A stretch of 64,000 nucleotides of DNA from Desulfobacterales bacterium (lineage in GTDB: Bacteria > Desulfobacterota > Desulfobacteria > Desulfobacterales > UBA2174), in the NCBI GenBank assembly GCA_963668645.2, contig CAXXWC010000001.1, positions 32,001 through 96,000 of the forward strand. The letters are read 5' to 3'. Under the pieces are notes generated by a model. The model was given only the letters and a program-made list of their open reading frames with translations. It made no database searches and had not been told where the DNA came from. Made by a program: the position numbers and the translations under genes. The stretch's first letter is position 1. Each line of letters opens with the position of its first letter. This document shows, in pieces, positions 30,710 to 40,933 of the stretch.

Positions 30710-31479
30710 TGCTGGAAGTCGCCGACCTTGAAGTGCGCATCCATAAGCGCCGGATTCTCGATGCGGTCAGCCTGGCGGTGCCCGAGGGGTGCATCGTGGC
30801 GGTAGTCGGTCCCAACGGGGCAGGCAAGACCACCTTGTTGCGCACCGTCCTGGGAATGCAGCCCCCAGCTGCCGGTCACATAACGGTGGACGGACGCCCC
30901 CTTGCCGGCATCCCGGCCCTGCAGCGCGCCCGGCTTCTCGGGTATGTGCCCCAGGCCGCCCCGAGCCGTTTTCCCATGGCGGTCTTCGACGTGGTCCTGT
31001 CCGGGCGCCGGCCCTATATCGGCTGGCGCCCGTCTGCCGGCGACCTGGCGCAGGTCGAAGCCGTGCTGAGACAGATGGGACTGTGGCACGAGGCCCTGAC
31101 CGATTTTGACCGGCTCAGCGGGGGCCAGCGCCAGAAGGTCCTCCTGGCCCGGGCCTTTGTCCAGGAAAGCCGCTATCTGGTTCTCGACGAACCGACCAGC
31201 AGCCTCGACCTGCGCCACCAGCTCGAGGTGATGGACCAGGTACGTCGGCGGGCCACCGAAGCCGGGGTCGGAACCCTGATCGCCGTACACGACCTCAACC
31301 TGGCCCGGCGCTGGGCCGACCAGGTGGTGATCCTCGATCGCGGCCGGGTGCGCGCCGCCGGGCCGCCGCAAGCGGTGATGACCGCCGAGAACATCACCGC
31401 GGTCTACGGAGTGGTGATGACCACGGCCCACGGCGAAACCGGAGAGGTGCTGGTCCCATTGAGGATAAACGATGGTTAA
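30709..31479 (+). CDS. Iron-chelate ABC transporter ATPase
   Basis: GPNGAGKT, LSGGQRQ, LDEPTSSLDLRHQ and HDLNLA; ATG overlaps the permease stop. Confidence 0.92.
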   Translation: MLEVADLEVRIHKRRILDAVSLAVPEGCIVAVVGPNGAGKTTLLRTVLGMQPPAAGHITVDGRPLAGIPALQRARLLGYVPQAAPSRFPMAVFDVVLSGRRPYIGWRPSAGDLAQVEAVLRQMGLWHEALTDFDRLSGGQRQKVLLARAFVQESRYLVLDEPTSSLDLRHQLEVMDQVRRRATEAGVGTLIAVHDLNLARRWADQVVILDRGRVRAAGPPQAVMTAENITAVYGVVMTTAHGETGEVLVPLRINDG

Positions 31480-31499
31480 CCTTTGCCACGGATGGTGCA

Positions 31500-33599
31500 A
31501 TGCTGACCGATAAATCCCACCTGCCCCACCCCACAGCGGCACCGCCAGCAGTATGCCCGGCCCGGTACGGGCCGGAGCCTTCGGGGAGATCGCGCGGCCC
31601 TGCTCGGATCTATCCCTTCAGCGCTTTGGTGGGTCAGGCCGACATGCGCCTGGCCCTGGTCCTGGCCGCGGTCAACCCGGCCGTGGGCGGGGTGTTGATC
31701 CGCGGCGAAAAGGGCACGGCCAAGTCCACCGCCGTCCGCGGCCTGGCCGCGGTCTTGCCCGAGATCAGGGTGGTGGACGGGTGCGTCTACGGCTGCGATC
31801 CAGATTCACCAGGAGACTGGTGCCCGCACTGCGCCCGGCGCTACGAAGTCGATGCCGCGCCGATGGTGCGCCGGCCGGTGCAGGTGGTGACTCTGCCGCT
31901 CAACGCCACCGAGGATCGGGTGGCCGGCGGGATCGATTTCGAGGCGGCCCTGCAATCCGGGCGGCGCCGGGTGCAGCCGGGGCTTCTGGCCGCGGCCCAC
32001 CGGGGGATTCTTTATGTAGACGAGGTCAACCTGCTCGATGATCACATCGTCGACGTGATCCTGGATGCGGCCGCCGCCGGCCGCCACCGGGTCGAACGCG
32101 AGGGGGTGAGCCTCTGCCATCCGGCCCGTTTCGTGCTCGTGGGCACGATGAACCCGGAGGAAGGCTCGCTACGGCCCCAGCTTCTCGACCGCTTCGGGCT
32201 TTGCGTGGATACCGGGGCCGAGCGCGAGCCGGCCCGGAGGGTTCGCCTGCTGCGCCGCCGCGAGGCCTTTGACGCCGACCCGGCGGCCTTTTGCCAGCTT
32301 TACCGGCGGGCCGATGCGGCCGTGGCGGTGCGCATTGCGGCCGCCCGCCGCCGACTGGCAAAGGTGGCCATGCCAGGACGCATGCGGGCATTGGTCTGCC
32401 AGATCTGCACAGGGGCCAATGCCGCCGGCCATCGCGCCGAGCTGGTGATGGAATCTGCCGCCCGGGCACTGGCGTCCCTGGAAGACGCCCCCGAGGTGAC
32501 CGCCCATCATATCCGGCGCGTCTCGCCCCTGGTGTTGAGCCACCGCCGACGGGAACCGGCCCCGCCGCCCCCGCCGCCAGCCGAAAATCATCACCAGGAC
32601 CCGCCCCCGGAGCAAAAGCCCCCCGCCCCCCCCGAGGACGGCGCCCAACCGCAGGACACACCGCCCGAAGGCAGAGACCATGGGCCGGACCCTGCCCAGC
32701 CTTCGCAAGACGGCCAGGCCCCTCCCGAGGCCGGTGAGGGCGACGTCGCCGACCGGGTCTTTGCCGTGGGTGAAACCTTCCGCGTGCGGCGCATCGAGAC
32801 GGTGCGCGACCGCCAGCTTCGCCGCGGCTCGGGCCGGCGTTCGCGCACCCGCACCGCCGGGCGCCAGGGCCGCTACGTCATGAGCACGGCCCGGCGACGG
32901 TGCAACGACATCGCCCTGGACGCCACGCTGCGGGCCGCGGCCCCCTTCCAGCGCCAGCGGCCCCGGTCTGCCGGCGGCCCTTGCGTGTCCATCCGCACCG
33001 GCGACATCCGCGAGAAGATCCGCGAGCGGCGCACGGGCAACTTCATGCTCTTTGTGGTCGACGCCAGCGGATCCATGGGGGCCCGCGGGCGCATGGCCGC
33101 CTCCAAGGGAGCGATCCTTTCGTTGCTGCTCGATGCTTACCAGAAGCGGGACCGGGTGGCGATGGTGGCTTTTCGCCGCACCGGCGCCCAGGTGGTGCTG
33201 CCGCCCACCGCCTCGGTGGAAACAGCCGGCAAGCTGCTTTCTGAGATGGCCGTGGGCGGGCGCACCCCTTTGTCGTCCGGGCTGTTCAAGGCCGAAGAGA
33301 TGCTACGCGCCCAGCACCGGCGCGACCCGGCGTCCCGGCCGATCCTGGTGGTAATCACCGACGGGCGCGCCAACCTGGCCCAGACCGAGGCCAAGCCCCT
33401 GGACGAGGCCCTGGCCGCCGCCGCACGGCTGGCCGCGCTGCAGTCTGCCAGCCGTATCGTGGTCGACACCGAACCCAAGGGTCTGGTCGCCTTCGGCCTG
33501 GCGCGGCGCCTGGCAGTGGCCATGGAGGCCCGTTATTTTAAAATCGAAGATTTGAGGGCCGATCATCTGACGGCCATCGTGCAAAGGACCCGTGCATGA
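31500..33599 (+). CDS. Class I chelatase ChlD/BchD-like subunit (AAA+, Pro-rich linker, vWA)
   Basis: GEKGTAKST, YVDEVNLL, LRPQLLDRF, PAPPPPPP linker, DASGSM MIDAS, GRTPL and ITDGRAN. Confidence 0.9.
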   Translation: MLTDKSHLPHPTAAPPAVCPARYGPEPSGRSRGPARIYPFSALVGQADMRLALVLAAVNPAVGGVLIRGEKGTAKSTAVRGLAAVLPEIRVVDGCVYGCDPDSPGDWCPHCARRYEVDAAPMVRRPVQVVTLPLNATEDRVAGGIDFEAALQSGRRRVQPGLLAAAHRGILYVDEVNLLDDHIVDVILDAAAAGRHRVEREGVSLCHPARFVLVGTMNPEEGSLRPQLLDRFGLCVDTGAEREPARRVRLLRRREAFDADPAAFCQLYRRADAAVAVRIAAARRRLAKVAMPGRMRALVCQICTGANAAGHRAELVMESAARALASLEDAPEVTAHHIRRVSPLVLSHRRREPAPPPPPPAENHHQDPPPEQKPPAPPEDGAQPQDTPPEGRDHGPDPAQPSQDGQAPPEAGEGDVADRVFAVGETFRVRRIETVRDRQLRRGSGRRSRTRTAGRQGRYVMSTARRRCNDIALDATLRAAAPFQRQRPRSAGGPCVSIRTGDIREKIRERRTGNFMLFVVDASGSMGARGRMAASKGAILSLLLDAYQKRDRVAMVAFRRTGAQVVLPPTASVETAGKLLSEMAVGGRTPLSSGLFKAEEMLRAQHRRDPASRPILVVITDGRANLAQTEAKPLDEALAAAARLAALQSASRIVVDTEPKGLVAFGLARRLAVAMEARYFKIEDLRADHLTAIVQRTRA

Positions 33600-34648
33600 C
33601 CGCTTCGCCCAACTATCCGTTTGTCGCCATCGTCGGCCAGCAGAGACTCAAGCTGGCCCTGATCCTCAACACGATCAACCCGACTCTTTCCGGGGTGCTG
33701 ATCCGTGGCGAGAAGGGTACGGCCAAGTCCACTGCCGTGCGCGCCCTGGCCGACATCCTGCCGGCCATCCGCGTCTTTGACGACGACCCGTTCAATCTTT
33801 CCCCGGAGACCGAGGCGGATCAATACAGCCGCATCCAGGAAGCCTGCGGCCGCACGCCCGGTGACAGTCTGCCGCCGGTGCGCGACCGCAAGGTGCCGGT
33901 GGTGGAACTGCCCGTGGGAGCCACCGAGGACCGCGTGGTGGGCACCCTCGACCTGGAGCAGGCCCTGGTCAAGGGGCAAAAACGGGTCGAGCCGGGGCTG
34001 CTGGCCGCGGCCCACCGGGGGATCCTCTACGTCGACGAGGTCAATCTGCTCGACGATCACGTGGTGGATGTGCTGCTCGACTCGGCGGCCATGGGCACCA
34101 ACACCATCGAACGGGAGGGGATCTCCTTTTCCCACCCGGCCCGTTTCACTCTGGTGGGCACGATGAACCCGGAAGAAGGCGAACTGCGGCCGCAGCTCCT
34201 CGACCGTTTCGGGCTCTGCGTCCAGGTAGAAGCGGTGCGCGAAGCCGAAAGCCGGGTGGCCATCATGGAGCGCCGGGCTGCCTATGAGGCCGATCCGGCG
34301 GCCTTCTGCGCCCGCTGGCAGAACGAGTCGTTGGCCCTGGCGCAGCGCATCGAGGATGCCATGGCCCGCTGTCCCGGGGTGACCGTGGATCGAGCCATGC
34401 TCTTCGAAATCGCCAACTACTGCCTCGACGTGGGCGTTGACGGCCACCGCGGCGATATCGTGATGCTCAAAGCCGCCAAGACCCTGGCAGCCTTCGAAGG
34501 CCGCGACACGGTCACAGCCGAGGACATCGCCACGGCCGCCGAACTGGCTCTTCCCCACCGCGTGCGGCGCCAGCCGATGCAGGAGATCGGCAGCGACGTG
34601 GCCCGGCTGCGCCAGGCGGCCAGCCGCCCGGCGGTGGGTGGACCGTGA
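33596..34648 (+). CDS. Class I chelatase ChlI/BchI-like AAA+ subunit
   Basis: YPFVAIVGQ, GEKGTAKST, ATEDRVVG, NPEEGELRPQLLDRFG, DGHRGD and ALPHR. Confidence 0.92.
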   Translation: MTASPNYPFVAIVGQQRLKLALILNTINPTLSGVLIRGEKGTAKSTAVRALADILPAIRVFDDDPFNLSPETEADQYSRIQEACGRTPGDSLPPVRDRKVPVVELPVGATEDRVVGTLDLEQALVKGQKRVEPGLLAAAHRGILYVDEVNLLDDHVVDVLLDSAAMGTNTIEREGISFSHPARFTLVGTMNPEEGELRPQLLDRFGLCVQVEAVREAESRVAIMERRAAYEADPAAFCARWQNESLALAQRIEDAMARCPGVTVDRAMLFEIANYCLDVGVDGHRGDIVMLKAAKTLAAFEGRDTVTAEDIATAAELALPHRVRRQPMQEIGSDVARLRQAASRPAVGGP

Positions 34649-35499
34649 TCCGCATCCAGGGGCTTACCAAGCGCTACGGCAGCGTAGCGGCCCTGAAGGG
34701 GATCGATCTTTCCATCGCGGCCGGCGAAATCTTCGCCTATCTCGGCCCCAACGGGGCCGGCAAGACCACCACGATTCGCATCCTGGCCGGCCTGACCCGG
34801 CCCGGTGGGGGCCGCTGCACGGTCAACGGCTGCGACGTGGTGCGCCAGAGCCTCGAGGCCCGGCGCGCCGTCGGTCTGGTGCCCCAGGCCATCAACCTCG
34901 ACCGCGAGCTTGCGGTGGCCGAAAACCTCGAGGTCCACGGCCGTCTCTTTGCCATGCCGGCGGCTGCGCGGCGCCGGCGCATCGCCGAGCTGCTGGACTA
35001 CGTGGGGCTGGCCCAACGGCCCCACGCACTGGTCAAGACCCTTTCGGGGGGGCTTCAGCGGCGGTTGATGATCGCCCGCGCCCTGCTTCATGAGCCACCG
35101 GTTTTGCTTCTCGACGAGCCGACCGTGGGCCTCGACCCGGAGATCCGGCGCCGCATCTGGGCCCTGGTCAAGAAGATCCAGGCCGGCGGAACCACCGTTT
35201 TGCTCACGACCCATTACATCGAGGAGGCCGAGTTTCTCGCCGACAGGGTGGCCTTTGTCGACGAGGGGAGCATCGTGGCTCTGGACACGCCCCGGGCACT
35301 GATGGCAACCCAGGGGGCCTGGGCCATCGACCGCTTCGATGGCGGCGGACTTGAAACGTCCTGTTTCGCCGATCGCGAGGCGGCCCAGGCGTTCGGAGCG
35401 GCCCAGGCCGACAGCTTCACCGTGCGCCGGGTCAATCTCGAGGACGCCTTTCTGGCCCTGACCGGCAAGAAGGTGGCTCCGCAGCGCGGGGAGCACTGA
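34645..35499 (+). CDS. ABC-2 type exporter ATPase (DrrA/NodI-like)
   Basis: GPNGAGKTT, LSGG, LDEPTVGLDP, TTHYIEEAE and NLEDAFL. Confidence 0.9.
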   Translation: MIRIQGLTKRYGSVAALKGIDLSIAAGEIFAYLGPNGAGKTTTIRILAGLTRPGGGRCTVNGCDVVRQSLEARRAVGLVPQAINLDRELAVAENLEVHGRLFAMPAAARRRRIAELLDYVGLAQRPHALVKTLSGGLQRRLMIARALLHEPPVLLLDEPTVGLDPEIRRRIWALVKKIQAGGTTVLLTTHYIEEAEFLADRVAFVDEGSIVALDTPRALMATQGAWAIDRFDGGGLETSCFADREAAQAFGAAQADSFTVRRVNLEDAFLALTGKKVAPQRGEH

Positions 35500-35532
35500 T
35501 GGCCACTTCGCCCGGAAGCGGACAATCAAAGG

Positions 35533-36297
35533 ATGGATCCGTATATGCAGGTTGATCGTTTCATGCACGGCGCGGCGGCCGTCTACTACCGCGAACTGTT
35601 GATCCTGCGGCGGCGCATCACCCGCCTGATCCCATCCTGGTCGGTGGCGCCGACCCTCTACCTGGTTGCCTTCGGCTACGCCGTGGGACGCCACAGCGCC
35701 GTGGACGGACACACTTATCTCGAGTTTCTGGTTCCCGGGTTGGTAGCCATGAGCAGCATGACCCAGAGTTTCGCCGTGGCCAGCGAGATCAACATCGCCC
35801 GCTTTTACTGGCACATCTTCGAAGAGATCCAGGCCGCCCCGATCAGCGCCGCATCCTATGCCGCCGGTGAGGTGGCCGCCGGCATGACCCGGGCACTGGG
35901 CGCCGTTGCGGTGATCCTCGTACTGGGGCTGATCTTCGGTGTCCGCATCTGCTGCGGGCCGTGGTTCTGGACCGCCATCCTGCTCAACGCCCTGGTCTTC
36001 GCGGCCCTGGCCGTGGCCCTGGCCATGCTGGTCAAGAGCCATGCGGACCAGGCGATGATCAACAGCTTCGTGATCACACCGATGGCCTTTCTCGGCGGCA
36101 CGGTCTTTCCGGTGGACCGCCTGCCGGCCTGGGCAGGAAAGCTTGTCGGGCTGCTGCCCCTGACCCACGCGGCCCACGCCATCCGCAGCGCCGCCTTCGG
36201 CCAGGTCCCGGCAGCCGCCGACCTGGCGATCCTGGCTGTCACCGGCGCGGCATGCTTCGTTTTGGCCGTTTCCTGCGTGCGCCGGGCTAAAGATTAG
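35533..36297 (+). CDS. ABC-2 type exporter permease (DrrB/NodJ-like)
   Basis: YLEFLVPG, PMAFLGGTVFPVDRLP and LPLTHA; about six TM segments. Confidence 0.88.
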   Translation: MDPYMQVDRFMHGAAAVYYRELLILRRRITRLIPSWSVAPTLYLVAFGYAVGRHSAVDGHTYLEFLVPGLVAMSSMTQSFAVASEINIARFYWHIFEEIQAAPISAASYAAGEVAAGMTRALGAVAVILVLGLIFGVRICCGPWFWTAILLNALVFAALAVALAMLVKSHADQAMINSFVITPMAFLGGTVFPVDRLPAWAGKLVGLLPLTHAAHAIRSAAFGQVPAAADLAILAVTGAACFVLAVSCVRRAKD

Positions 36298-36376
36298 CTA
36301 GGCTGCGACGGTCCGTGTTTGTCCGAAATCTTTCAACCCTAGCGGCCATCGGCCGCCTGAAACGAGGAAGCCTGCA

Positions 36377-39300
36377 ATGCCCCAGCCCGTCGATCCCGTC
36401 TCCATCGTGGCCGTGATGTGGAGTTCCTATGTGCCGACCTTCCTGGCCGCGGCCGAAACCGATCCTTCCCTGACCCTGCGGATCTTTTCACAAAAAGCCC
36501 TGGAGACCGACGTCGACCAGATCGATGCCTTTTGCGACCAGGCCGCCACGGCCCGGGTGATTCTGCTCTACCGGACCAACGACGGGTTCTGGAGCGAGGT
36601 CGACGCACGCCTGGAGACCCTGGTGCGCCCGGACCAGAAGGTGGTGGCCACCTCCTTCGATCCGACCCAGTGGGGCCAGGGACCAGGAGCCAACCCGGCC
36701 GCCGGGGCCCGGGTGCATGCTTACCTGGCGGCCGGCGGGCTGGAAAACACCCGCCGCCTGCTCAGTTATCTCGCCTCCCTGGGAGGAGCGGGCGCGACGG
36801 TCGAAGATCCCGAGCCGCTGCCCTGGCAGGGGCTGCTCCATCCGCCCGACCCCCAGGTCTACCCCAGCGTAGCGGCTTACCGCGATGCCCATCCGGCCCG
36901 AGGGCAGGCCACGGTGGGCCTGCTCTTTTCTCGCCACACCCTTACCAACACCGACGGAGCCCTGGAAGCGGCCCTCATTACGGCCCTGGAGGCCCGGGGC
37001 CTCGACGTGCTGCCGGTCTTTTCCGACGGAGTTCCGGATGCGGCTGCCGGCTCCCTCGGACCGCTGGGGGCCGCGGCCCGCTATTTTTGCGATCCGGACG
37101 GCCGTCCCGTGATCCAGGCCCTGATGAACCTGCATTTTTTCTTCCTCGGACGCCAGCCCGAGGCGGATGTGGCCGAAACCGGAGTGGCGGCCCAGACCGT
37201 GGCCTTTTTCACCAAGCTCGATGTGCCGGTTTTCAAGCCGGTGGTCAGTTACTCAAAAAGCGCGGCCGAGTGGGCCGACGACCCCCAGGGACTGATCGGC
37301 GAGGCCACCTTCGGCATCGCCATGCCCGAGTTCGAAGGCAACATCGAGCCGATCATCATGGCCTGCAGCCGCAAGGTCGAGGACAGCTCCAGCGGCGCGA
37401 CCTACGAGGTGCGCGAACCCATCGCCGAGCGCATCGAACGGATCGCTGCGCGAATCGCCCGCTGGGTTCGTCTGGCGAACAAGCCAACCACCGAGCGCAA
37501 GGTGGTCTTCGTGCTGCACAAGAACGAATGCGCCGGGCTCGAAGCCGGGATCGGCGGGGCCGGGGGGCTCGACAGCGGCCAGAGCATCGTGGCCGTGATG
37601 CGGCGCATGGCCGCGGCCGGCTACCGCGTGGGACCGATTCCCGAATCGGGCGAAGCCCTGCTGCAGACCATCCTGGCGCGCAAGGCCATCGCCGAGTTCC
37701 GCTGGACCACGGTGGACGAAATCATCGCCAAGGGCGGGCACCTGGCCCTTCTCGACACCGAGACTTACAACGGCTGGTACGCCCGGCTGCCCGAAGCGGC
37801 CCGCCGGGCCCAGACGGCCGCCTGGGGCGAACCTCCGGGCCAGGCGATGAACGGAGTGCCGCCGGCCATGGTCTACGAAGGCAAAATCGTGATCACCGGC
37901 CTGGATTTCGGCAACGTGGCCGTGATGATGCAGCCCAAGCGCGGCTGCGCCGGGGCCCGCTGCGACGGCCAGGTCTGCAAGATCCTCCACGACCCGGACG
38001 TCCCCCCGCCCCACCAGTACATCGCCACCTACATGTACATGGACCGGGTCTTCGGCGCCGACGTCATCGTGCATGTGGGCACCCACGGCAACCTCGAGTG
38101 GATGCCGGGCAAGGGGGCCGGGCTGTCGGCGGCCTGCTGGCCGGACATCGCCGTGGGCGATCTGCCGCACCTTTACATCTACAACGCCGACAACCCGGCC
38201 GAGGGCGTGGTGGCCAAACGGCGCAGCTACGCCGTACTCGTCGACCACCTGCAGACCACCATGACCACCGCCGACACTTACGGCGGCTTGCAGGATCTCG
38301 AAGACCTGCTCGGCGAATACCGGCGCTGCGACCAGGACCCGGCCCGGGCCCACCAGCTTGAGCATCTCATCCGCCAGGCAGTGGCTGAAAACAACCTCCA
38401 GAATGCGGTCGACCGCCGGCAGCCGGCGGATTTTTCCGCCCTGGTCACCGCCTGCCACGAGATTCTCTCGGCCCTGCGCAACAGCCAGACCCGCATCGGG
38501 CTGCACGTCTTCGGCGACCGGCCCGAGAAGGAAAAACTCGCCGAGCAGATCAACACCATCCTGCGCTTCGACAGTGCCGCGCCGCTCAACACCCGCCGGG
38601 TGGTTTTCGGGCTGTGGGGCGAGTCCATCGAGCACGCCCTCGAAGCCCCGGCAGACCTGGCTGCCGACGGGCAGACCTGCGGCGAGCGGCTCTATGCCGC
38701 CGACCGGCTCGCCGTGGACCTCATCGGACGGTTGCTCGACGGCCAGAGCCCGGCCACCGTTCTGGCCGAAGTCATGCAAACACCCCCGGCGGCCGCGTCG
38801 ATCGAGCGTTTCGAACATTTCGCCGCCCTGGTCAAAGAGATCGCCGGTCGTTTTTCCCGCTCGGACGAAATCGGGGCCCTGCTCGGGGCTTTTTCCGGGG
38901 GCCACGTGCCGGCCGGCCCCTCGGGTTATCTCTCGCGCGGGCGCTACGATATCCTGCCCACCGGTCGCAATTTTTACAATGTCGATCCTACCCGCATCCC
39001 GACCCGTGCGGCCCACCGGGTGGGGGTGCGCCTGGCCGAAGCACTGCTGGCGCGCTTCATGAAAGAAGAAGGTCGCCATCCCGAGACGGTGGGCATGGTC
39101 TGGATGGCCTCGGACATCATGCGCGCCGACGGCGAGCAGATCGGCCAGATCCTCCATCTTCTCGGGGTACGCCCGCGCTGGCGGGCCAACGGCCAGGTGG
39201 ACGGGTTCGAGATTATCCCGGCCGAAGAACTGGGCCGGCCGCGCATCGATGTGAGCATCCGGGTATCGGGGATTACCCGCGACTGTTTTCCCGACCAGGT

Positions 39301-40318
39301 GCGCTACGTGGACCAGGTGGTCCAGGCCGTGGCGATGCTCGACGAGCCGGCCGAGGTCAATCTTCTGCGCGCCCATCTGCTCGAACAGGCTGCTGCGGAA
39401 AACGCGGGTCCCGAGGAAACCGATGTTTTCCGGCGGCTGAGCTACCGCATCTTCTGCGCCCAGCCCGGGGTCTACAAGGCCGGGGTCAACCTCGCCGTGG
39501 CCGCCTCGGCCTGGAAGACGGACCAGGACCTGGCCGATGTCTATCTTTTCTGGAACGGCTTTGCCTATGGCGGCGGCGCGGACGAGGCCAGCTACGGGGC
39601 ACCGGCTCATTCGGAACTAATGGCCAACCTGGCACGCATCGAGGTGACCTTCGACAAACACATCTCCGACGAGGGAGACTTTCTCAACTGCTGCGGCTAC
39701 TACGGCAGCTATGGTGGAATGACCGCCGCGGCCCGGGTCGCGGCCGGCGGCCGCCAGCCCAAGACCTACTACGGCGACACCCGCGATCCGGCCAACGTGG
39801 CGGTGACCGATTTCGCCGAGGAACTTGAGCGCGTGGTGCGCGCCAAGCTGCTCCACCCCAAGTACATCGAGGGGCTCAAGGCCCACGGCTACAAGGGGGC
39901 CGGCGACCTGAACAAACGCATCGGCCGGGTTTACGGGTACGGGGCCACCACCGGCGAGGTCGAAGACTGGGTTTTCGACGAAATCGCCGACACCTTCGTG
40001 CTCGACGCCGAGATGCGCCGCTGGTTCGAGCAGGTCAACCCCTGGGCCCTGGAGGAGATCGGCCGGCGGTTGCTCGAGGCTGAGGGCCGAGGCATCTGGA
40101 AAGCCGACCCCGAGCGGCTCGAACAACTGCGCGAGGCCTACCTGGAGGCCGAAGCCCGCCTGGAAGAAACCGTCGACGATGTCACCGGTGACTTTCAGGG
40201 CGGAGCCGTGGACGTGCTGACCGCCGACGATGTGGCTGCCTGGAAGGAGGCCATGGCTCCGCTGCGCCAAGTGAAGGCAATGCCAGGAAAAAATGAAAGG
40301 AATGAAACCACCGGATAA
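36377..40318 (+). CDS. cobN: CobN/ChlH-family large chelatase subunit
   Basis: MPEFEG, PPPHQY, HVGTHGNLEWMPGK, LPTGRNFY, LGRPRIDV..RVSGI.RD and HGYKGA; 1313 aa. Confidence 0.92.
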   Translation: MPQPVDPVSIVAVMWSSYVPTFLAAAETDPSLTLRIFSQKALETDVDQIDAFCDQAATARVILLYRTNDGFWSEVDARLETLVRPDQKVVATSFDPTQWGQGPGANPAAGARVHAYLAAGGLENTRRLLSYLASLGGAGATVEDPEPLPWQGLLHPPDPQVYPSVAAYRDAHPARGQATVGLLFSRHTLTNTDGALEAALITALEARGLDVLPVFSDGVPDAAAGSLGPLGAAARYFCDPDGRPVIQALMNLHFFFLGRQPEADVAETGVAAQTVAFFTKLDVPVFKPVVSYSKSAAEWADDPQGLIGEATFGIAMPEFEGNIEPIIMACSRKVEDSSSGATYEVREPIAERIERIAARIARWVRLANKPTTERKVVFVLHKNECAGLEAGIGGAGGLDSGQSIVAVMRRMAAAGYRVGPIPESGEALLQTILARKAIAEFRWTTVDEIIAKGGHLALLDTETYNGWYARLPEAARRAQTAAWGEPPGQAMNGVPPAMVYEGKIVITGLDFGNVAVMMQPKRGCAGARCDGQVCKILHDPDVPPPHQYIATYMYMDRVFGADVIVHVGTHGNLEWMPGKGAGLSAACWPDIAVGDLPHLYIYNADNPAEGVVAKRRSYAVLVDHLQTTMTTADTYGGLQDLEDLLGEYRRCDQDPARAHQLEHLIRQAVAENNLQNAVDRRQPADFSALVTACHEILSALRNSQTRIGLHVFGDRPEKEKLAEQINTILRFDSAAPLNTRRVVFGLWGESIEHALEAPADLAADGQTCGERLYAADRLAVDLIGRLLDGQSPATVLAEVMQTPPAAASIERFEHFAALVKEIAGRFSRSDEIGALLGAFSGGHVPAGPSGYLSRGRYDILPTGRNFYNVDPTRIPTRAAHRVGVRLAEALLARFMKEEGRHPETVGMVWMASDIMRADGEQIGQILHLLGVRPRWRANGQVDGFEIIPAEELGRPRIDVSIRVSGITRDCFPDQVRYVDQVVQAVAMLDEPAEVNLLRAHLLEQAAAENAGPEETDVFRRLSYRIFCAQPGVYKAGVNLAVAASAWKTDQDLADVYLFWNGFAYGGGADEASYGAPAHSELMANLARIEVTFDKHISDEGDFLNCCGYYGSYGGMTAAARVAAGGRQPKTYYGDTRDPANVAVTDFAEELERVVRAKLLHPKYIEGLKAHGYKGAGDLNKRIGRVYGYGATTGEVEDWVFDEIADTFVLDAEMRRWFEQVNPWALEEIGRRLLEAEGRGIWKADPERLEQLREAYLEAEARLEETVDDVTGDFQGGAVDVLTADDVAAWKEAMAPLRQVKAMPGKNERNETTG

Positions 40319-40381
40319 ACCCGCCCGCCATAAAACAGCATGCATTCCGGACGGCCTGGCGAGGCGGGTCAAAAAAAATTA

Positions 40382-40543
40382 TTGACACCCAATTGAGTTT
40401 TGGATATCTAACTTTTTCCGATTCGGCCCACCGTTCTACCAAAGGTTCGGGGACCCAAATTTTGCTGATAAGTGCTGTTGTGGCACTTTTTTTAAAACCC
40501 TATGAGTTAGATATATTTAACACATAAAGAATTAGCTATCCAT
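40382..40543 (+). promoter_or_regulatory. AT-rich promoter region with repeated TTAG(A/C)TAT sites
   Basis: TTGACA (40382)-17 bp-TATCTA; TTGGATATCTAA at 40400-40411, GTTAGATATATTTAAC at 40506-40521, TTAGCTATCCAT at 40532-40543. Confidence 0.45.
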
Positions 40544-40582
40544 GCTATACCCATCAATGACCGATGACGAGAGGAAAACGCC

Positions 40583-40930
40583 ATGAGCGCAAGCTTCAGA
40601 TTGAAAACCGAGCACAACGGCAATGAGTTGAACGTCCTTCTATCGGGCGATTTCGACGGCGATTCGGCCTGGGAGCTGGCCAATCTGCTCATGCTGAAAA
40701 ATCCCGCGGCCGCCGTGGTGTGCGTCAACACGCTCCAGGTGCGTACGGTAGCCCCCTTCGGGGCCGCCCTGTTGAAAAACCTGCTTTCGCTACGCATCAT
40801 CCGCAGCGGCCGGATCTTTTTCGACGGTATGGCCGCTGCCCGCGCCGTGGAGGGAGAACACCGGCTTTTCGCCGACAACGCAGTCCAGGCAACGGGTGCC
40901 GGCTGCCACAGCCACGCTTCAATCCGATGA
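40583..40930 (+). CDS. Small STAS-like hypothetical protein
   Basis: LNVLLSGDFDGDSA resembles the STAS G.LD motif; GAGG RBS. Confidence 0.6.
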   Translation: MSASFRLKTEHNGNELNVLLSGDFDGDSAWELANLLMLKNPAAAVVCVNTLQVRTVAPFGAALLKNLLSLRIIRSGRIFFDGMAAARAVEGEHRLFADNAVQATGAGCHSHASIR

Positions 40931-40933
40931 TTT

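Noticed and set aside
37253..39610. 785-aa minus-strand ORF (also 34417-36177 and 43061-45274)
   Set aside because: Antisense shadows of well-supported genes, typical of high-GC DNA; no motifs.
31500..40318. (Bacterio)chlorophyll Mg-chelatase / photosynthesis cluster
   Set aside because: No other bch/chl or reaction-centre genes; the context is chelate uptake.
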